Shown here piece by piece: positions 28,948-37,472 of a stretch of DNA of 64,000 bases (positions are counted from its first letter, which is position 1; every line of letters begins with the position of its first letter). The position numbers were made by a program, and so were the translations under genes. A model generated the notes under the pieces. It was given only the letters and a program-made list of their open reading frames with translations. It ran no database searches and was not told the DNA's origin. Source of the stretch: a virus. The stretch lies in IMG/VR virus record IMGVR_UViG_3300046616_000348, positions 1 to 64,000 of that record; one strand, written 5' to 3'.

Positions 28948-30284
28948 CCGGCCTCGGCACCGGCGTCGGCTTGATCGCACGTCGCTTCGGCTTCGTGCTT
29001 CCGGCGCCGTGGGGTTCGATCCCGCAGATTGCCGTCTTCGGCTGTAGCCTCGCGGCTCAGACCAGCCAGGACTACACCAACCACCCCGCCTACAACGCCA
29101 CCGGCTCGTGCGCCTGGGCGAACCTGCTCAGTGATGGGCAGTTCACCTTCCCCCACGAGCTGAACTTCGGCGTCGTCGGCGACACCACCGACCAGATCGT
29201 CGCGCGGCTGCCGGCGCTGATCGCCGCCAAGCCGTCCGCGGTGGTGCTGCCGTGCCCGGCCACGAACGACCGCAACAGCAATGAGCTGCGGACCGCCCAG
29301 CACTCGATCGACAACCTCATCAAGATCTTGGACGCCTGCTACTCGGCCGGCATCCCCGTGATCCTGACGACGGAGTTCCCGCGCGGCAACGCCACCTTTG
29401 CGAGCGGGCTGATCACCGGCACCCAGCTCAACTACCACCGGCTGCTTCGCCGCTGGGTGTTGGACGTCGCAGCGAACCGCCGTGGTGTGACGGTGATCGA
29501 CACCTGGCCGCTGCTCGCCGACCTCTCCCGGTCGGACGGCGCCATGCTGTTGGTCAACACCTACGACGGCACCCACCTGGCCCCCATCGGGGCGGCGAAG
29601 GTGGGCGCGGCGATCGCGGCTGTCCTGCGCGCGATGTTCCCGAGGAAGTGGATCCACGCCGACTACGACGCCGGCGGCCTCTACCACGCCACCGAGAACC
29701 CCCGCGGCAATCTGATCCCCAACCCGGGGATGATCGGCACGGCCGGCACCAAGGACGCTGCCTCGACGGGCTCGCTCGGCGACAGCAACACGTCGACCAG
29801 GGACGCCGCCTTCAACAGCGGCACCCTGACGACGGCATTCTCCAAGGTGGCGAGGGCTGGGTTCAACGACTGGCAGCAGGTCGTTCTCGGCGGCACCGCC
29901 GGCGCTACGGCCAACCAGAACCTCGAAATCTACCAGTCTGCGTCCAACGCCAACTTCGCCGAGGGGGATAAGGTTCGCGCTGTCTGCGATGTCGAGCTCG
30001 GCACCACCATGACGGGCATCTGCGGCGTGACGCTCCGCACCACCAAGACGGTGGGCGGCGTGGCCGAATCGTCCTCGGCCCTCCGGCCGATCGACACCAG
30101 CCCGATGCCGGCGTCGGGCATCTACGGCGGCCGCACGCTGCTGATGGTCACCCGGCCATTCACGGTTCCGGCCGGCGCCGTCACCCAGATGCGGGCGCGC
30201 ATGGTGATCAACACCATCCCTGGAGCTGTCGTCGACGGCACCGTGCGGTGGGGCAACATGCGCCTCGAGAAGGTGGCCGCGTAA
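28944..30284 (+). CDS. SGNH/GDSL hydrolase with C-terminal beta-sandwich domain
   Basis: block I FGCS, block II GVVGDT, block III ATND, block V DGTH; N-terminal GLGTGVGL. Confidence 0.8.
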   Translation: MTGLGTGVGLIARRFGFVLPAPWGSIPQIAVFGCSLAAQTSQDYTNHPAYNATGSCAWANLLSDGQFTFPHELNFGVVGDTTDQIVARLPALIAAKPSAVVLPCPATNDRNSNELRTAQHSIDNLIKILDACYSAGIPVILTTEFPRGNATFASGLITGTQLNYHRLLRRWVLDVAANRRGVTVIDTWPLLADLSRSDGAMLLVNTYDGTHLAPIGAAKVGAAIAAVLRAMFPRKWIHADYDAGGLYHATENPRGNLIPNPGMIGTAGTKDAASTGSLGDSNTSTRDAAFNSGTLTTAFSKVARAGFNDWQQVVLGGTAGATANQNLEIYQSASNANFAEGDKVRAVCDVELGTTMTGICGVTLRTTKTVGGVAESSSALRPIDTSPMPASGIYGGRTLLMVTRPFTVPAGAVTQMRARMVINTIPGAVVDGTVRWGNMRLEKVAA

Positions 30285-30306
30285 GCGACCCCAACCCAGC
30301 AACCCA

Positions 30307-30339
30307 AGAGACCCGCCCTTCGAGGCGGGTTTTTTGTTT
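30307..30339 (+). terminator. intrinsic terminator
   Basis: ACCCGCC-loop-GGCGGGT followed by TTTTTGTTT. Confidence 0.85.
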
Positions 30340-30353
30340 CAAGGAGAACGACA

Positions 30354-30893
30354 ATGACCACCGCCATTGTGGGCTCGCCGCCGTGGCTGACGAACTTCGA
30401 GAAGTTCAAAGGCATCCACGAGATCAAGGGCAAGCTGCACGAGCAGAAGATCCTCGACCTCATCGACTGGGGGGACGGCCGCTTCGACGGCAAGCGCCTG
30501 TTCAACATCAACGACGACGAGACCGCCTACTGCGCCTCGGCGCTCTGCGGCAGCCTGGAGATGATCGGCATCCGGTCGCCTCGCAGCCCGGCAGCGCGCT
30601 CCTTCGACAAGTGGGGCGAGATGCTCGGCGGCCCGGCCGTCGGCGCGATCGTCACCTTCTGGCGCAAGAGCCCGACCAGCGGCCTCGGCCACGTCGGCAT
30701 CGTCGTCGGCCGCAACAGCGCCGGCGAGCTGATCGTCTACGGCGCCAACCAGGACGACCAGTTCAAATACTCGGCGTTCAAGATGGACCGCGTCGTCGGC
30801 TATCGCTGGCCCACCGGCTACGACAAACCCTCGAAGATCGGCTTCACCAAGCTGCCGATCACCAGCGCCTCGCCCTCGCGGTCGGAGGCGTAG
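30354..30893 (+). CDS. endolysin candidate, TIGR02594/NlpC-P60-like cysteine peptidase
   Basis: PPWL, DDETAYCAS (Cys), GHVGIV (His), GANQ, YRWP. Confidence 0.85.
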   Translation: MTTAIVGSPPWLTNFEKFKGIHEIKGKLHEQKILDLIDWGDGRFDGKRLFNINDDETAYCASALCGSLEMIGIRSPRSPAARSFDKWGEMLGGPAVGAIVTFWRKSPTSGLGHVGIVVGRNSAGELIVYGANQDDQFKYSAFKMDRVVGYRWPTGYDKPSKIGFTKLPITSASPSRSEA

Positions 30894-31415
30894 ATGCAGA
30901 GCACCGACCACCTCTGCCCGCGCCGCGCGGAAAACCCGATGGCCGACCGGATGTTCCCCGGCCCCGACAAGTGGGACATGCGGGATGGTGTTCGGTGCTG
31001 CTCATACTGCGGCTCGATGCATCCCGAGGACGTGTTCCTTGCCATCGCCGAGAAGGTCGAGTTCGGCCCGACCGACAAGAGCTACAAGGTCTACGTCGAC
31101 CTGCCGAACCCCAACGCCGGCAAGCGCGTGGTGGTCGGGTCCGAGAGCGGCCCGGCCTTCAACGTGGTGACCGGCAAGCCCAACCGGACCGACCTGTCGA
31201 TCTGGGAGATGATCACCAACCGGTACAGCCGGAAGATCTGGGGCACGGCCTCGGCGAAGCTGCACGCGAAGTTCTACTTCCAGCACTTCGACCGCGACCA
31301 GCAGGCCCGGTTCATCAACCTGCTCAACGTCAAGGCGGTGAACATCGGCTACCCGGGCCATTTCTACCGGCTGCCGTTCTTCTGCGTCGTCGACAAGAGC
31401 ACGAGGGCGGAGTGA
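30894..31415 (+). CDS. hypothetical protein with CSYCGS zinc motif
   Basis: coupled ORF inside the lysis cassette. Confidence 0.7.
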   Translation: MQSTDHLCPRRAENPMADRMFPGPDKWDMRDGVRCCSYCGSMHPEDVFLAIAEKVEFGPTDKSYKVYVDLPNPNAGKRVVVGSESGPAFNVVTGKPNRTDLSIWEMITNRYSRKIWGTASAKLHAKFYFQHFDRDQQARFINLLNVKAVNIGYPGHFYRLPFFCVVDKSTRAE

Positions 31416-31771
31416 TGGACCTCAAGGTCATCGGCCTCGCCCTGGCCGTCGTCGCCGGCATGCTCGCCTACAACTTCTGGATCGAGAACCCGGGCGTTGC
31501 CCAGCTCGCCAAGGAGCAAGAGGCGCACGCGTGCTCGATCCGCACGGTGGACGCGGAGAACCGCGCCCGCCAGGCGGCCGAGGCCCACTACCAAGCGGTC
31601 GGTGAGGCCGCGCTCGAGGAGTTCAAGAAGACCTCCGAGGCGCGGGACAGCCTCTACCGACAGGTGCAATCCCAGCTCGAACAGGACATCGCGAACTATG
31701 AGCAAACGCTCGAAGCTGCTGGCCGCAGCTGCAAGCTCGATCGCTCTGATTTTGAGTGGTTGCGCCACTAG
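31415..31771 (+). CDS. inner-membrane spanin (Rz-like)
   Basis: N-terminal TM, coiled coil, C-terminal Cys; overlaps a lipoprotein gene. Confidence 0.75.
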   Translation: MDLKVIGLALAVVAGMLAYNFWIENPGVAQLAKEQEAHACSIRTVDAENRARQAAEAHYQAVGEAALEEFKKTSEARDSLYRQVQSQLEQDIANYEQTLEAAGRSCKLDRSDFEWLRH

Positions 31772-32024
31772 CCCGACCTCCTTCCAGGTCGACCACGCCG
31801 CCGCCAAGGCTGTAGCCGAGGCACCCGTCCGCACGGAGCGCCAGCCGGACATCTGCAACCAGGGGTTCGAGAAGCTCCCCGAGTCGCAGGTCGTCGGTGC
31901 CGAGGCCGTCACGGTGATCAAGCGGTACGAGAAGCTGATCGAGGGGCCGGTCAATGACCGGATCCACGGCTGCTACGCCTACGGCGAGGCAATCCGCAAG
32001 GGCCTCGCTCCCCCAAAACTCTAA
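31698..32024 (+). CDS. outer-membrane spanin (Rz1-like lipoprotein)
   Basis: MSKRSKLL...ILSG-C lipobox in an overlapping frame. Confidence 0.75.
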   Translation: MSKRSKLLAAAASSIALILSGCATSPTSFQVDHAAAKAVAEAPVRTERQPDICNQGFEKLPESQVVGAEAVTVIKRYEKLIEGPVNDRIHGCYAYGEAIRKGLAPPKL

Positions 32025-32066
32025 CGCCACAGCGTCGCCTTCCCACTCAGAACGGACAGGAGCTCC

Positions 32067-32453
32067 GTGATGAAATTCGACTTTACCTGGCTCCCCGACG
32101 GGGCCGGGCAGCTTCTCATTGCGGGCGTGGCGGGCGGCATCGTCCGCTGGGCGACGCTGAAGGAGAAGTGGCCCGACGGACTGATCAGCATCCTCGTGGG
32201 TGCGCTCTGTTCTGTGTTCGTCGGCCCGGCCGCTTTCCCCCTCATGGGTCCGCTGATCGACTTCAGCAAAATCGACCCCAACTCGGCCAAGTCCCTCGCG
32301 GGCTTCATGATCGGCGCCGGCGGCATCCTCGTCGCTGGCTTCCTCATCGACCTTTGGCGCGAACGTCGCCGGCAGCTGCGCACGCCGCGGCCTGCCGACT
32401 TCGTCGTGATCCCTCCCAACCCGGAGAAGGATGATGATGCGGCACAGTCTTAA
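32067..32453 (+). CDS. putative holin
   Basis: three hydrophobic segments (AGVAGGIVRW, ILVGALCSVF, AGFMIGAGG) and a basic C-terminus. Confidence 0.7.
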   Translation: MMKFDFTWLPDGAGQLLIAGVAGGIVRWATLKEKWPDGLISILVGALCSVFVGPAAFPLMGPLIDFSKIDPNSAKSLAGFMIGAGGILVAGFLIDLWRERRRQLRTPRPADFVVIPPNPEKDDDAAQS

Positions 32454-32862
32454 GTACGCAGCCAAGCGCAGCTGGGTGGCGGGGAGGGCTCTCCTCGTCA
32501 CCGTAGCCGCCCTAGTCGCGATCCTGTTGCTTCTCGGCCGGGGTCAGGCACAAGCCGCCGAATGCGGGGGGGCGTCCTGGTACGGGCCAGGGTTCCACGG
32601 CAAGAAGACGGCGTCCGGTCAGCGGTTCAATGAGAACGCGATGACCGCGGCACACAAATCACTGCCCTTCGGCACGATCGTGAAGGTCACCGACCAAGCG
32701 ACGGGCCGCAGTATCAAGGTAGAAATCACCGATCGCGGCCCGTTTCACCCGGGTCGGATCATCGACCTGTCGAAGGCGGCCGGAGCTGCGTTCGACCTCC
32801 CATACGATCGGGGCGTGACCAAGGTCTGCATCAAGATCTTGAAGCCGCCCGATCGAGCGTAG
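32431..32862 (+). CDS. RlpA-like lytic transglycosylase with signal peptide
   Basis: ASWYG, TASG, MTAAHKSLPFGT, DRGPF, RIIDLS. Confidence 0.92.
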   Translation: MMMRHSLKYAAKRSWVAGRALLVTVAALVAILLLLGRGQAQAAECGGASWYGPGFHGKKTASGQRFNENAMTAAHKSLPFGTIVKVTDQATGRSIKVEITDRGPFHPGRIIDLSKAAGAAFDLPYDRGVTKVCIKILKPPDRA

Positions 32863-32892
32863 CCCCTGTGACCTCCAAGAAGCAGGCAGACT

Positions 32893-32929
32893 GAGACCCC
32901 CTGGCCCTCGCGGGCTGGGGGGTCTTTTC
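32893..32929 (+). terminator. terminator between convergent operons
   Basis: about 15-bp GC-rich stem then TTTT. Confidence 0.75.
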
Positions 32930-32934
32930 GCGTT

Positions 32935-33237
32935 TCAGCGCCGCGAAACTTCCCAGCGGCCATACTCGCCAGACAGCGTGTAGGTGTGGACGAACCCATC
33001 GCAGCTCACCCGGATGTCGGGGAGGCTGCGGATGTCGTACTCGGCCTCGCCCAGCGTCTCGCACGGGAGCCCAGCCTTGAGCACTGCTCGGCGGGCATCA
33101 TCGGCGACCCCGATCGCCATCTCCAAGCTCATATCCTTGCCGTTCATCAGCATCGCGCCGTCCTCGAGCCAGGCCGGCCGCTCCTCGGCCGACGCCGCCG
33201 TTGCGGTGATGATCAGGGCGATCGCGAGAGCGCGCAT
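32935..33237 (-). CDS. small secreted protein
   Basis: MRALAIALIITATAASA signal peptide; two Cys; RBS GGAGGAG. Confidence 0.7.
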   Translation of the reverse strand: MRALAIALIITATAASAEERPAWLEDGAMLMNGKDMSLEMAIGVADDARRAVLKAGLPCETLGEAEYDIRSLPDIRVSCDGFVHTYTLSGEYGRWEVSRR

Positions 33238-33258
33238 ATTCTCCTCCGTTTTTTCGCC

Positions 33259-33597
33259 CTATCGCACCTCGAGCAAATGGTGGCAAGCCACCTTGTGCCC
33301 GTAGCGGCCGATCTCTCCCCCAATATCGCTAACGAAATCAACGCTCATCGGCGCGGCCTTGCACTGGCTGCAGCTGAGTAGGGGGACGATTTCCCGGAGC
33401 GTCCGGTTCCAGCCCTGGGTGGCCGCAAGCAGGCGCAGCGGCAGCCCCGTCATGCCGTGCGTCCCGCACCGCACCTCGAGCCACCACCCCGACAGCTTGT
33501 AGATCGGCTCATCCCAAGGGGGCTCGGCGGGGAAGGGCGTGAAGGGGTCGATCAGCTCGGGGAACCCGTAGCGGGTCTTCGGCTCTCTATTGCTCAT
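33259..33597 (-). CDS. zinc-ribbon-like hypothetical protein
   Basis: VRCGTH...LSCSQC. Confidence 0.65.
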   Translation of the reverse strand: MSNREPKTRYGFPELIDPFTPFPAEPPWDEPIYKLSGWWLEVRCGTHGMTGLPLRLLAATQGWNRTLREIVPLLSCSQCKAAPMSVDFVSDIGGEIGRYGHKVACHHLLEVR

Positions 33598-33784
33598 CGC
33601 CCTTGAGGGCGCTGGCCCGGATCGTCACCGGGTAATCGTACCCGGGGATGCGGATTGTCACCGTGTCGCCGGTGTCCCAGGTGTTCCGGCCGGTGCGGGT
33701 GACCTCGACCGTCAACGGCAGCTTGTCCCCCTTCTGAGGGAGCCGCTTGATCTGGAGGGTCTCTTTCGGCGTGCGTCTCGGCAT
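33587..33784 (-). CDS. small hypothetical protein
   Basis: MPRRTPKE... directly after the integrase stop. Confidence 0.55.
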   Translation of the reverse strand: MPRRTPKETLQIKRLPQKGDKLPLTVEVTRTGRNTWDTGDTVTIRIPGYDYPVTIRASALKGDEQ

Positions 33785-33788
33785 GCCC

Positions 33789-35141
33789 TTAAGATAGTGC
33801 GGCTGCGCCACGAGTCGAGTCGTCGGGCACCGCCCACCTGAACTTGATCCCGTCGAGCACCTCGAGCTTGGCCTCCAACGTCGCGCCCTCGCCATACTCC
33901 TCCCGATCCATCGAGTGGCCCATCAGGTCAGCCTGCACGCGATCCAGCGCCTTCGCCGCGAGGATGCGATCCTGGAAGCTGTGGCGCAGCGAGTAGAGGG
34001 AATGGCGCGGCGTCGGCCGCAGCCCGTTCTCGCGGAGGAACTTGTTCACCGCGGCCGACAGCGAGTCGGAGTTGTCGAAGTAGGCCGGGAAACCGTCGGG
34101 GCACTGCTTGGCCGCCCAGAGCGAGACGCCCACCAGAGGGATCGACCTCACGGCCGAGTCGGTCTTGAGGACGCGGTCCGTCCGCTCCTCGATGACGATG
34201 TGCGGCACCTTGTGGTCGAGCACGATGTATTGCCGCTTCAGGTTGACGATCTCGCTCGGCCGCAAGCCCGTCTCCACCATGATGTAGAGCACCATCCGGG
34301 CCTGATGGTTCATCCGGTCGAGCGCCCCGGGGGCGAGCAGCTGGTTCTGGATGAAGTCGAGCGGGTAGGGCACGCCCTTCTTGGCCTTCGTCTTGGTGTT
34401 GCCCTCCAGGTTGAGCTTCGTCCACACCGCGCTGTAGTCGGTCTGCAGTGCGGCGTCGATGACGGTGAGCATCCCCTTGATGTTCGAGAACGACTTGTTC
34501 GGCGCCTCGACCGTGAGCCCGTCCCGGTCGACCTTCTTCACCCACCACGCCCGGAAGTCGAGCGCGTCCTTGCGCACGATCGCCTTGAGGGCCTTGTCGC
34601 CCTTCAGCACCTCCATGAGGTACTTGATCGCGGTCCGCCGCTGCCCCTCGTGGATGTGCCGTTGCTTCGGCGACATGCCGGCGAGCTTTAGGGAGTTGTG
34701 GCTGGCATATTCGTCGTAGAGCCCGCTGAGCATCAGATCGGGTTCGGGTGCGACGCCAAGAAGGGCCTCGGCCGCTGCCGGCGCTTGGTCAACCACTTTC
34801 TCGGCGGCGAGGATGCGGGCCTCTAGGTCTGGCGTCAGCCCGCCCGCCATCAGCTCGTCGAGCGGGCGGTAGCTGAAGCCGAACGAGCGAGCAGTGTCGA
34901 CGGCGGCCAAGTATCGCTCATAGGGGGTCTTCGCATCCTCGCCCCGCTGGAGTGCGCCCCAGTAGGCTTCGAGCTTTTCGTTGATCTCGCGCGCCTTGAT
35001 CGCGGCAACGTGCTCGTCTTTGGTCTTCAGGCTGGTACGAATTTCCTTCCGGCTATCGAGGTGCTCGATCTCCTTCGGCACCCTCCGGCGGAACATCAAA
35101 TTGCCGTCTGCTCGCGCGCAGATGTAGTCCTTGAAGCCCAT
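33789..35141 (-). CDS. int: tyrosine integrase with DUF6538-like N-terminal domain
   Basis: FRRRVP..IRTSLKT N-terminus; TGLRPSE, LKT, YSLRHSF, LMGH, EYG catalytic motifs. Confidence 0.95.
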   Translation of the reverse strand: MGFKDYICARADGNLMFRRRVPKEIEHLDSRKEIRTSLKTKDEHVAAIKAREINEKLEAYWGALQRGEDAKTPYERYLAAVDTARSFGFSYRPLDELMAGGLTPDLEARILAAEKVVDQAPAAAEALLGVAPEPDLMLSGLYDEYASHNSLKLAGMSPKQRHIHEGQRRTAIKYLMEVLKGDKALKAIVRKDALDFRAWWVKKVDRDGLTVEAPNKSFSNIKGMLTVIDAALQTDYSAVWTKLNLEGNTKTKAKKGVPYPLDFIQNQLLAPGALDRMNHQARMVLYIMVETGLRPSEIVNLKRQYIVLDHKVPHIVIEERTDRVLKTDSAVRSIPLVGVSLWAAKQCPDGFPAYFDNSDSLSAAVNKFLRENGLRPTPRHSLYSLRHSFQDRILAAKALDRVQADLMGHSMDREEYGEGATLEAKLEVLDGIKFRWAVPDDSTRGAAALS

Positions 35142-35153
35142 ACCAGCCGCATA

Positions 35154-35445
35154 TTTGTGTCACGGTTTGCGCCCGGTTTGTGTCACGGTTATAGACCCAA
35201 CGTCAATACGCCATGTATATTTAGGCGGTATGAAGGGCCTGAAACCCCCGGATTTGCGGGGGTTTAGCTGAATAGAGTGAGGGGAGGTTTTGGCACGCCC
35301 GCCGTGTCCAATGTGGTACGCCCGGATCGTCCAAGTACCATTCTTGAGAAAAGAAAAAACCCCGCTTTCACGGGGCTTTTCTGGCGGTCTCGGCATGGGT
35401 GGTCATCTAGCTGTGCCCCGGTTTGTGGCACGGTTTGTGTCACGG
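35154..35445. other. putative attP: two triplets of direct arm-type repeats (consensus TTTGTGTCACGG)
   Basis: repeats at 35154, 35166, 35177 and 35411, 35422, 35434, directly upstream of int. Confidence 0.75.
35346..35381 (-). terminator. terminator of the leftward early operon
   Basis: minus strand AAGCCCCG-TGAAAG-CGGGGTTT-TTTCTTTT. Confidence 0.6.
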
Positions 35446-35637
35446 TCTCGCGGCCTGCTGAAGGAGGCGACGCGCCCTCGCCAGACTGCCTCCCCTCTCT
35501 TGCGCCTTCTCGAGCTCGCGCTCAAGCATCTCGAACAAGGGGAGGTAGGCGTCTCCGCGCGCGTCGATCAGCTTCGCAACGGCGAGCATAAGGCGCTCGA
35601 TGCGGTCGGCGGTCATGGGGGCGGAAGAGGTCTTCAT
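35440..35637 (-). CDS. small helical protein next to attP, possible recombination directionality factor
   Basis: YLPLFEMLEREL; position; function inferred only. Confidence 0.55.
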   Translation of the reverse strand: MKTSSAPMTADRIERLMLAVAKLIDARGDAYLPLFEMLERELEKAQERGGSLARARRLLQQAARP

Positions 35638-35639
35638 GC

Positions 35640-36332
35640 TCAGAGTTCGTCGCGTAGCCAGAGGTCGTAGTCTGCCGTCATCTTGCGGAAGGCGGCGGCG
35701 GCTTGGTCGTTGTGGTCGAGTTCACGGCGGCTGGTGATGCCGCAGCGGGTGCGGATGATCTCCGCGGCGTGGTCTTTGTCGGCGGCGCCGAGGAACACCC
35801 GGAAGCCGCCCTCGTCGCAGAGGATGGCAGCGCGCATCGCCAGCCGGCCGCCCTTCATCTCCGGCTCGGCCGGCGCGGGCGGGGTCTCCGGCTTGTTCGC
35901 GTCGAACTCGGCCCGGGACATGTAGGGCGGGTCGAACGGCGGCTCGTCGTCGGTCGACGGCGTCGGCGCCGGGGCGGGCTCGCGGGGCAGGCCCAGCTCG
36001 ATCGCCCGCTGGCAGTCGTGCTTGTGGATGTAGTGAGTGCCGTCCGGCGAGAGCCGGGCGTTGCAGTCCTCGCCCGCAGCGGTGTCGGGCTGGGGAGGCG
36101 GCACATACTCCGGCTCCTCCTCCGGCTCGGGCTCGGGAGCGCGAAGCTCGTCGATCGCTTCCTGCCTACGCCAGACGTCGGCGTAGGTGTCCGGCCGCTT
36201 GTAGACGCGGACGAAGGTGTCCTCGCCCACGCCCTCGATGCGGAGGTCGTAGGGCACGGCCTCGGAGAAGGAGGGGCCGAGCAGCAGCTTCAGAGCCCGG
36301 GGAAGGCGGATGCTGGAGACGGGCTGGGTCAC
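35640..36332 (-). CDS. hypothetical phage protein
   Basis: C-terminal AAILC..F..FL..CGITSRRELD domain; Pro/Glu-rich linker. Confidence 0.7.
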   Translation of the reverse strand: MTQPVSSIRLPRALKLLLGPSFSEAVPYDLRIEGVGEDTFVRVYKRPDTYADVWRRQEAIDELRAPEPEPEEEPEYVPPPQPDTAAGEDCNARLSPDGTHYIHKHDCQRAIELGLPREPAPAPTPSTDDEPPFDPPYMSRAEFDANKPETPPAPAEPEMKGGRLAMRAAILCDEGGFRVFLGAADKDHAAEIIRTRCGITSRRELDHNDQAAAAFRKMTADYDLWLRDEL

Positions 36333-36784
36333 GGGATGATCGGTCCGCCCGCCCTGAGAGTGTCGGCCTGCAGCTCGGTGACGCCGCTGCGGGCGATGTC
36401 AGCGAGGCAGCCGATCGTCGCCGTGATCAGCGCCAGCCCGCCCGAGACCATGTTCTGCGCCACGACGTGGTGCCGGGTGTCGGTGTGGATGATGAACAGC
36501 TCGACGGCTGCGGTGTAGACCTTGCCGCCGGGGGTGTTCGCCGACTGCACGACATAGGTCGCTGCCGGCATCACCTGGTCGAGCACCGACTGGGCGGCGC
36601 CGGCCTGGGACATCTCGCCACCGCTGCCGATGGCGAGGAACAACTGGGTTGGCGCGCCCTTCGGGAGGGCGGCCTCGGCCACGTCGATGATCTCCTTGCG
36701 CTGCTGCCGCAGCGGCACGCCCCGGAGGTTCCGCAGCTGGCCGTGGAGGACGGACAGCTCATGGCGCTTCAACTCGAACTTCAC
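36329..36784 (-). CDS. hypothetical protein
   Basis: coupled ORF in the leftward operon. Confidence 0.6.
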   Translation of the reverse strand: MKFELKRHELSVLHGQLRNLRGVPLRQQRKEIIDVAEAALPKGAPTQLFLAIGSGGEMSQAGAAQSVLDQVMPAATYVVQSANTPGGKVYTAAVELFIIHTDTRHHVVAQNMVSGGLALITATIGCLADIARSGVTELQADTLRAGGPIIP

Positions 36785-36785
36785 T

Positions 36786-37001
36786 TCACAATGCTCCTAC
36801 TAGCTCGGCCCGCTTCCGCATCTCGGCCCTGACGTTGTGCACGGCGTGGGTGTCCTTCAGGATCCCGCCGACGTAGATGATCTCCCTCCCCCTCGGGCCC
36901 CGAAGCGTCACCTTGAAGTGACCCTTCCGCGTCTTGGACAAATCGAAGTCCTGGCACGCCGCCCTCACGATGGCCTTGAGCTCCCGCTCCCACCTGGTCA
37001 T
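36786..37001 (-). CDS. HicA-like small basic protein
   Basis: SKTRKGHFKV...D..AVHNVRAEMR alpha-beta-beta-beta-alpha pattern. Confidence 0.5.
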   Translation of the reverse strand: MTRWERELKAIVRAACQDFDLSKTRKGHFKVTLRGPRGREIIYVGGILKDTHAVHNVRAEMRKRAELVGAL

Positions 37002-37222
37002 TGCAAATTCCCCCTGATCCTCACCGGGTAGATGGTCCAGCCGCGTTCCTTCGCGCGCTCCCATCCCTCCTCGACTGTTTCCCCGGCCCGGGCGTAGACC
37101 GCTCCGAGCCAACCCATCACGTCCTCCGCTGCCCAGCGGATGGAGTGGGGCCAGGCAATCGCCTGACCCGCCTCCGCGTCCCACTGGATCGCGGCGTAGG
37201 CGTCGCTCTCAGCTGTCCTCAT
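36998..37222 (-). CDS. hypothetical protein
   Basis: overlapping coupled ORF. Confidence 0.55.
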   Translation of the reverse strand: MRTAESDAYAAIQWDAEAGQAIAWPHSIRWAAEDVMGWLGAVYARAGETVEEGWERAKERGWTIYPVRIRGNLQ

Positions 37223-37466
37223 GGACGATGCCGAAGACCTGATGCAGCGTCCCCTTGGTGGCCGTCTGCTTGTTCACGAGCCGGAAGTCGCTGCCGACGA
37301 GGCCGGCCTGCTCGAGGCCTTTGCCGAGTTCGTTCTGCGCATTGGCGAGGGCGGTCTCGGTGCGACGGAGGGCGCTCTGGGCGCTGTCGACGCCCTTACG
37401 ATCATCCGCCCGCTGCCGCAGCAGGCCCTCGACGGTGTTGATCAGTTCGGAGAGAGGCTTGCTCAT
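37209..37466 (-). CDS. coiled-coil hypothetical protein
   Basis: RBS GGAG; heptad pattern. Confidence 0.6.
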   Translation of the reverse strand: MSKPLSELINTVEGLLRQRADDRKGVDSAQSALRRTETALANAQNELGKGLEQAGLVGSDFRLVNKQTATKGTLHQVFGIVHEDS

Positions 37467-37472
37467 AGCCGG

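Noticed and set aside
29008-29030. GGTTCGATCCC, resembling a tRNA T-loop
   Set aside because: Inside the SGNH CDS with no cloverleaf; no tRNA gene recognised in the window
30248-31771. 507-aa ORF spanning the lysis genes
   Set aside because: Only its last 118 codons (i-spanin, from 31415) are credible; the rest overlaps real genes in other frames
35160-35396. 78-aa ORF across attP as a replacement 5' end of dusA
   Set aside because: Lacks the APMMDWT sequence expected of dusA-targeting elements and overlaps a terminator and the arm repeats
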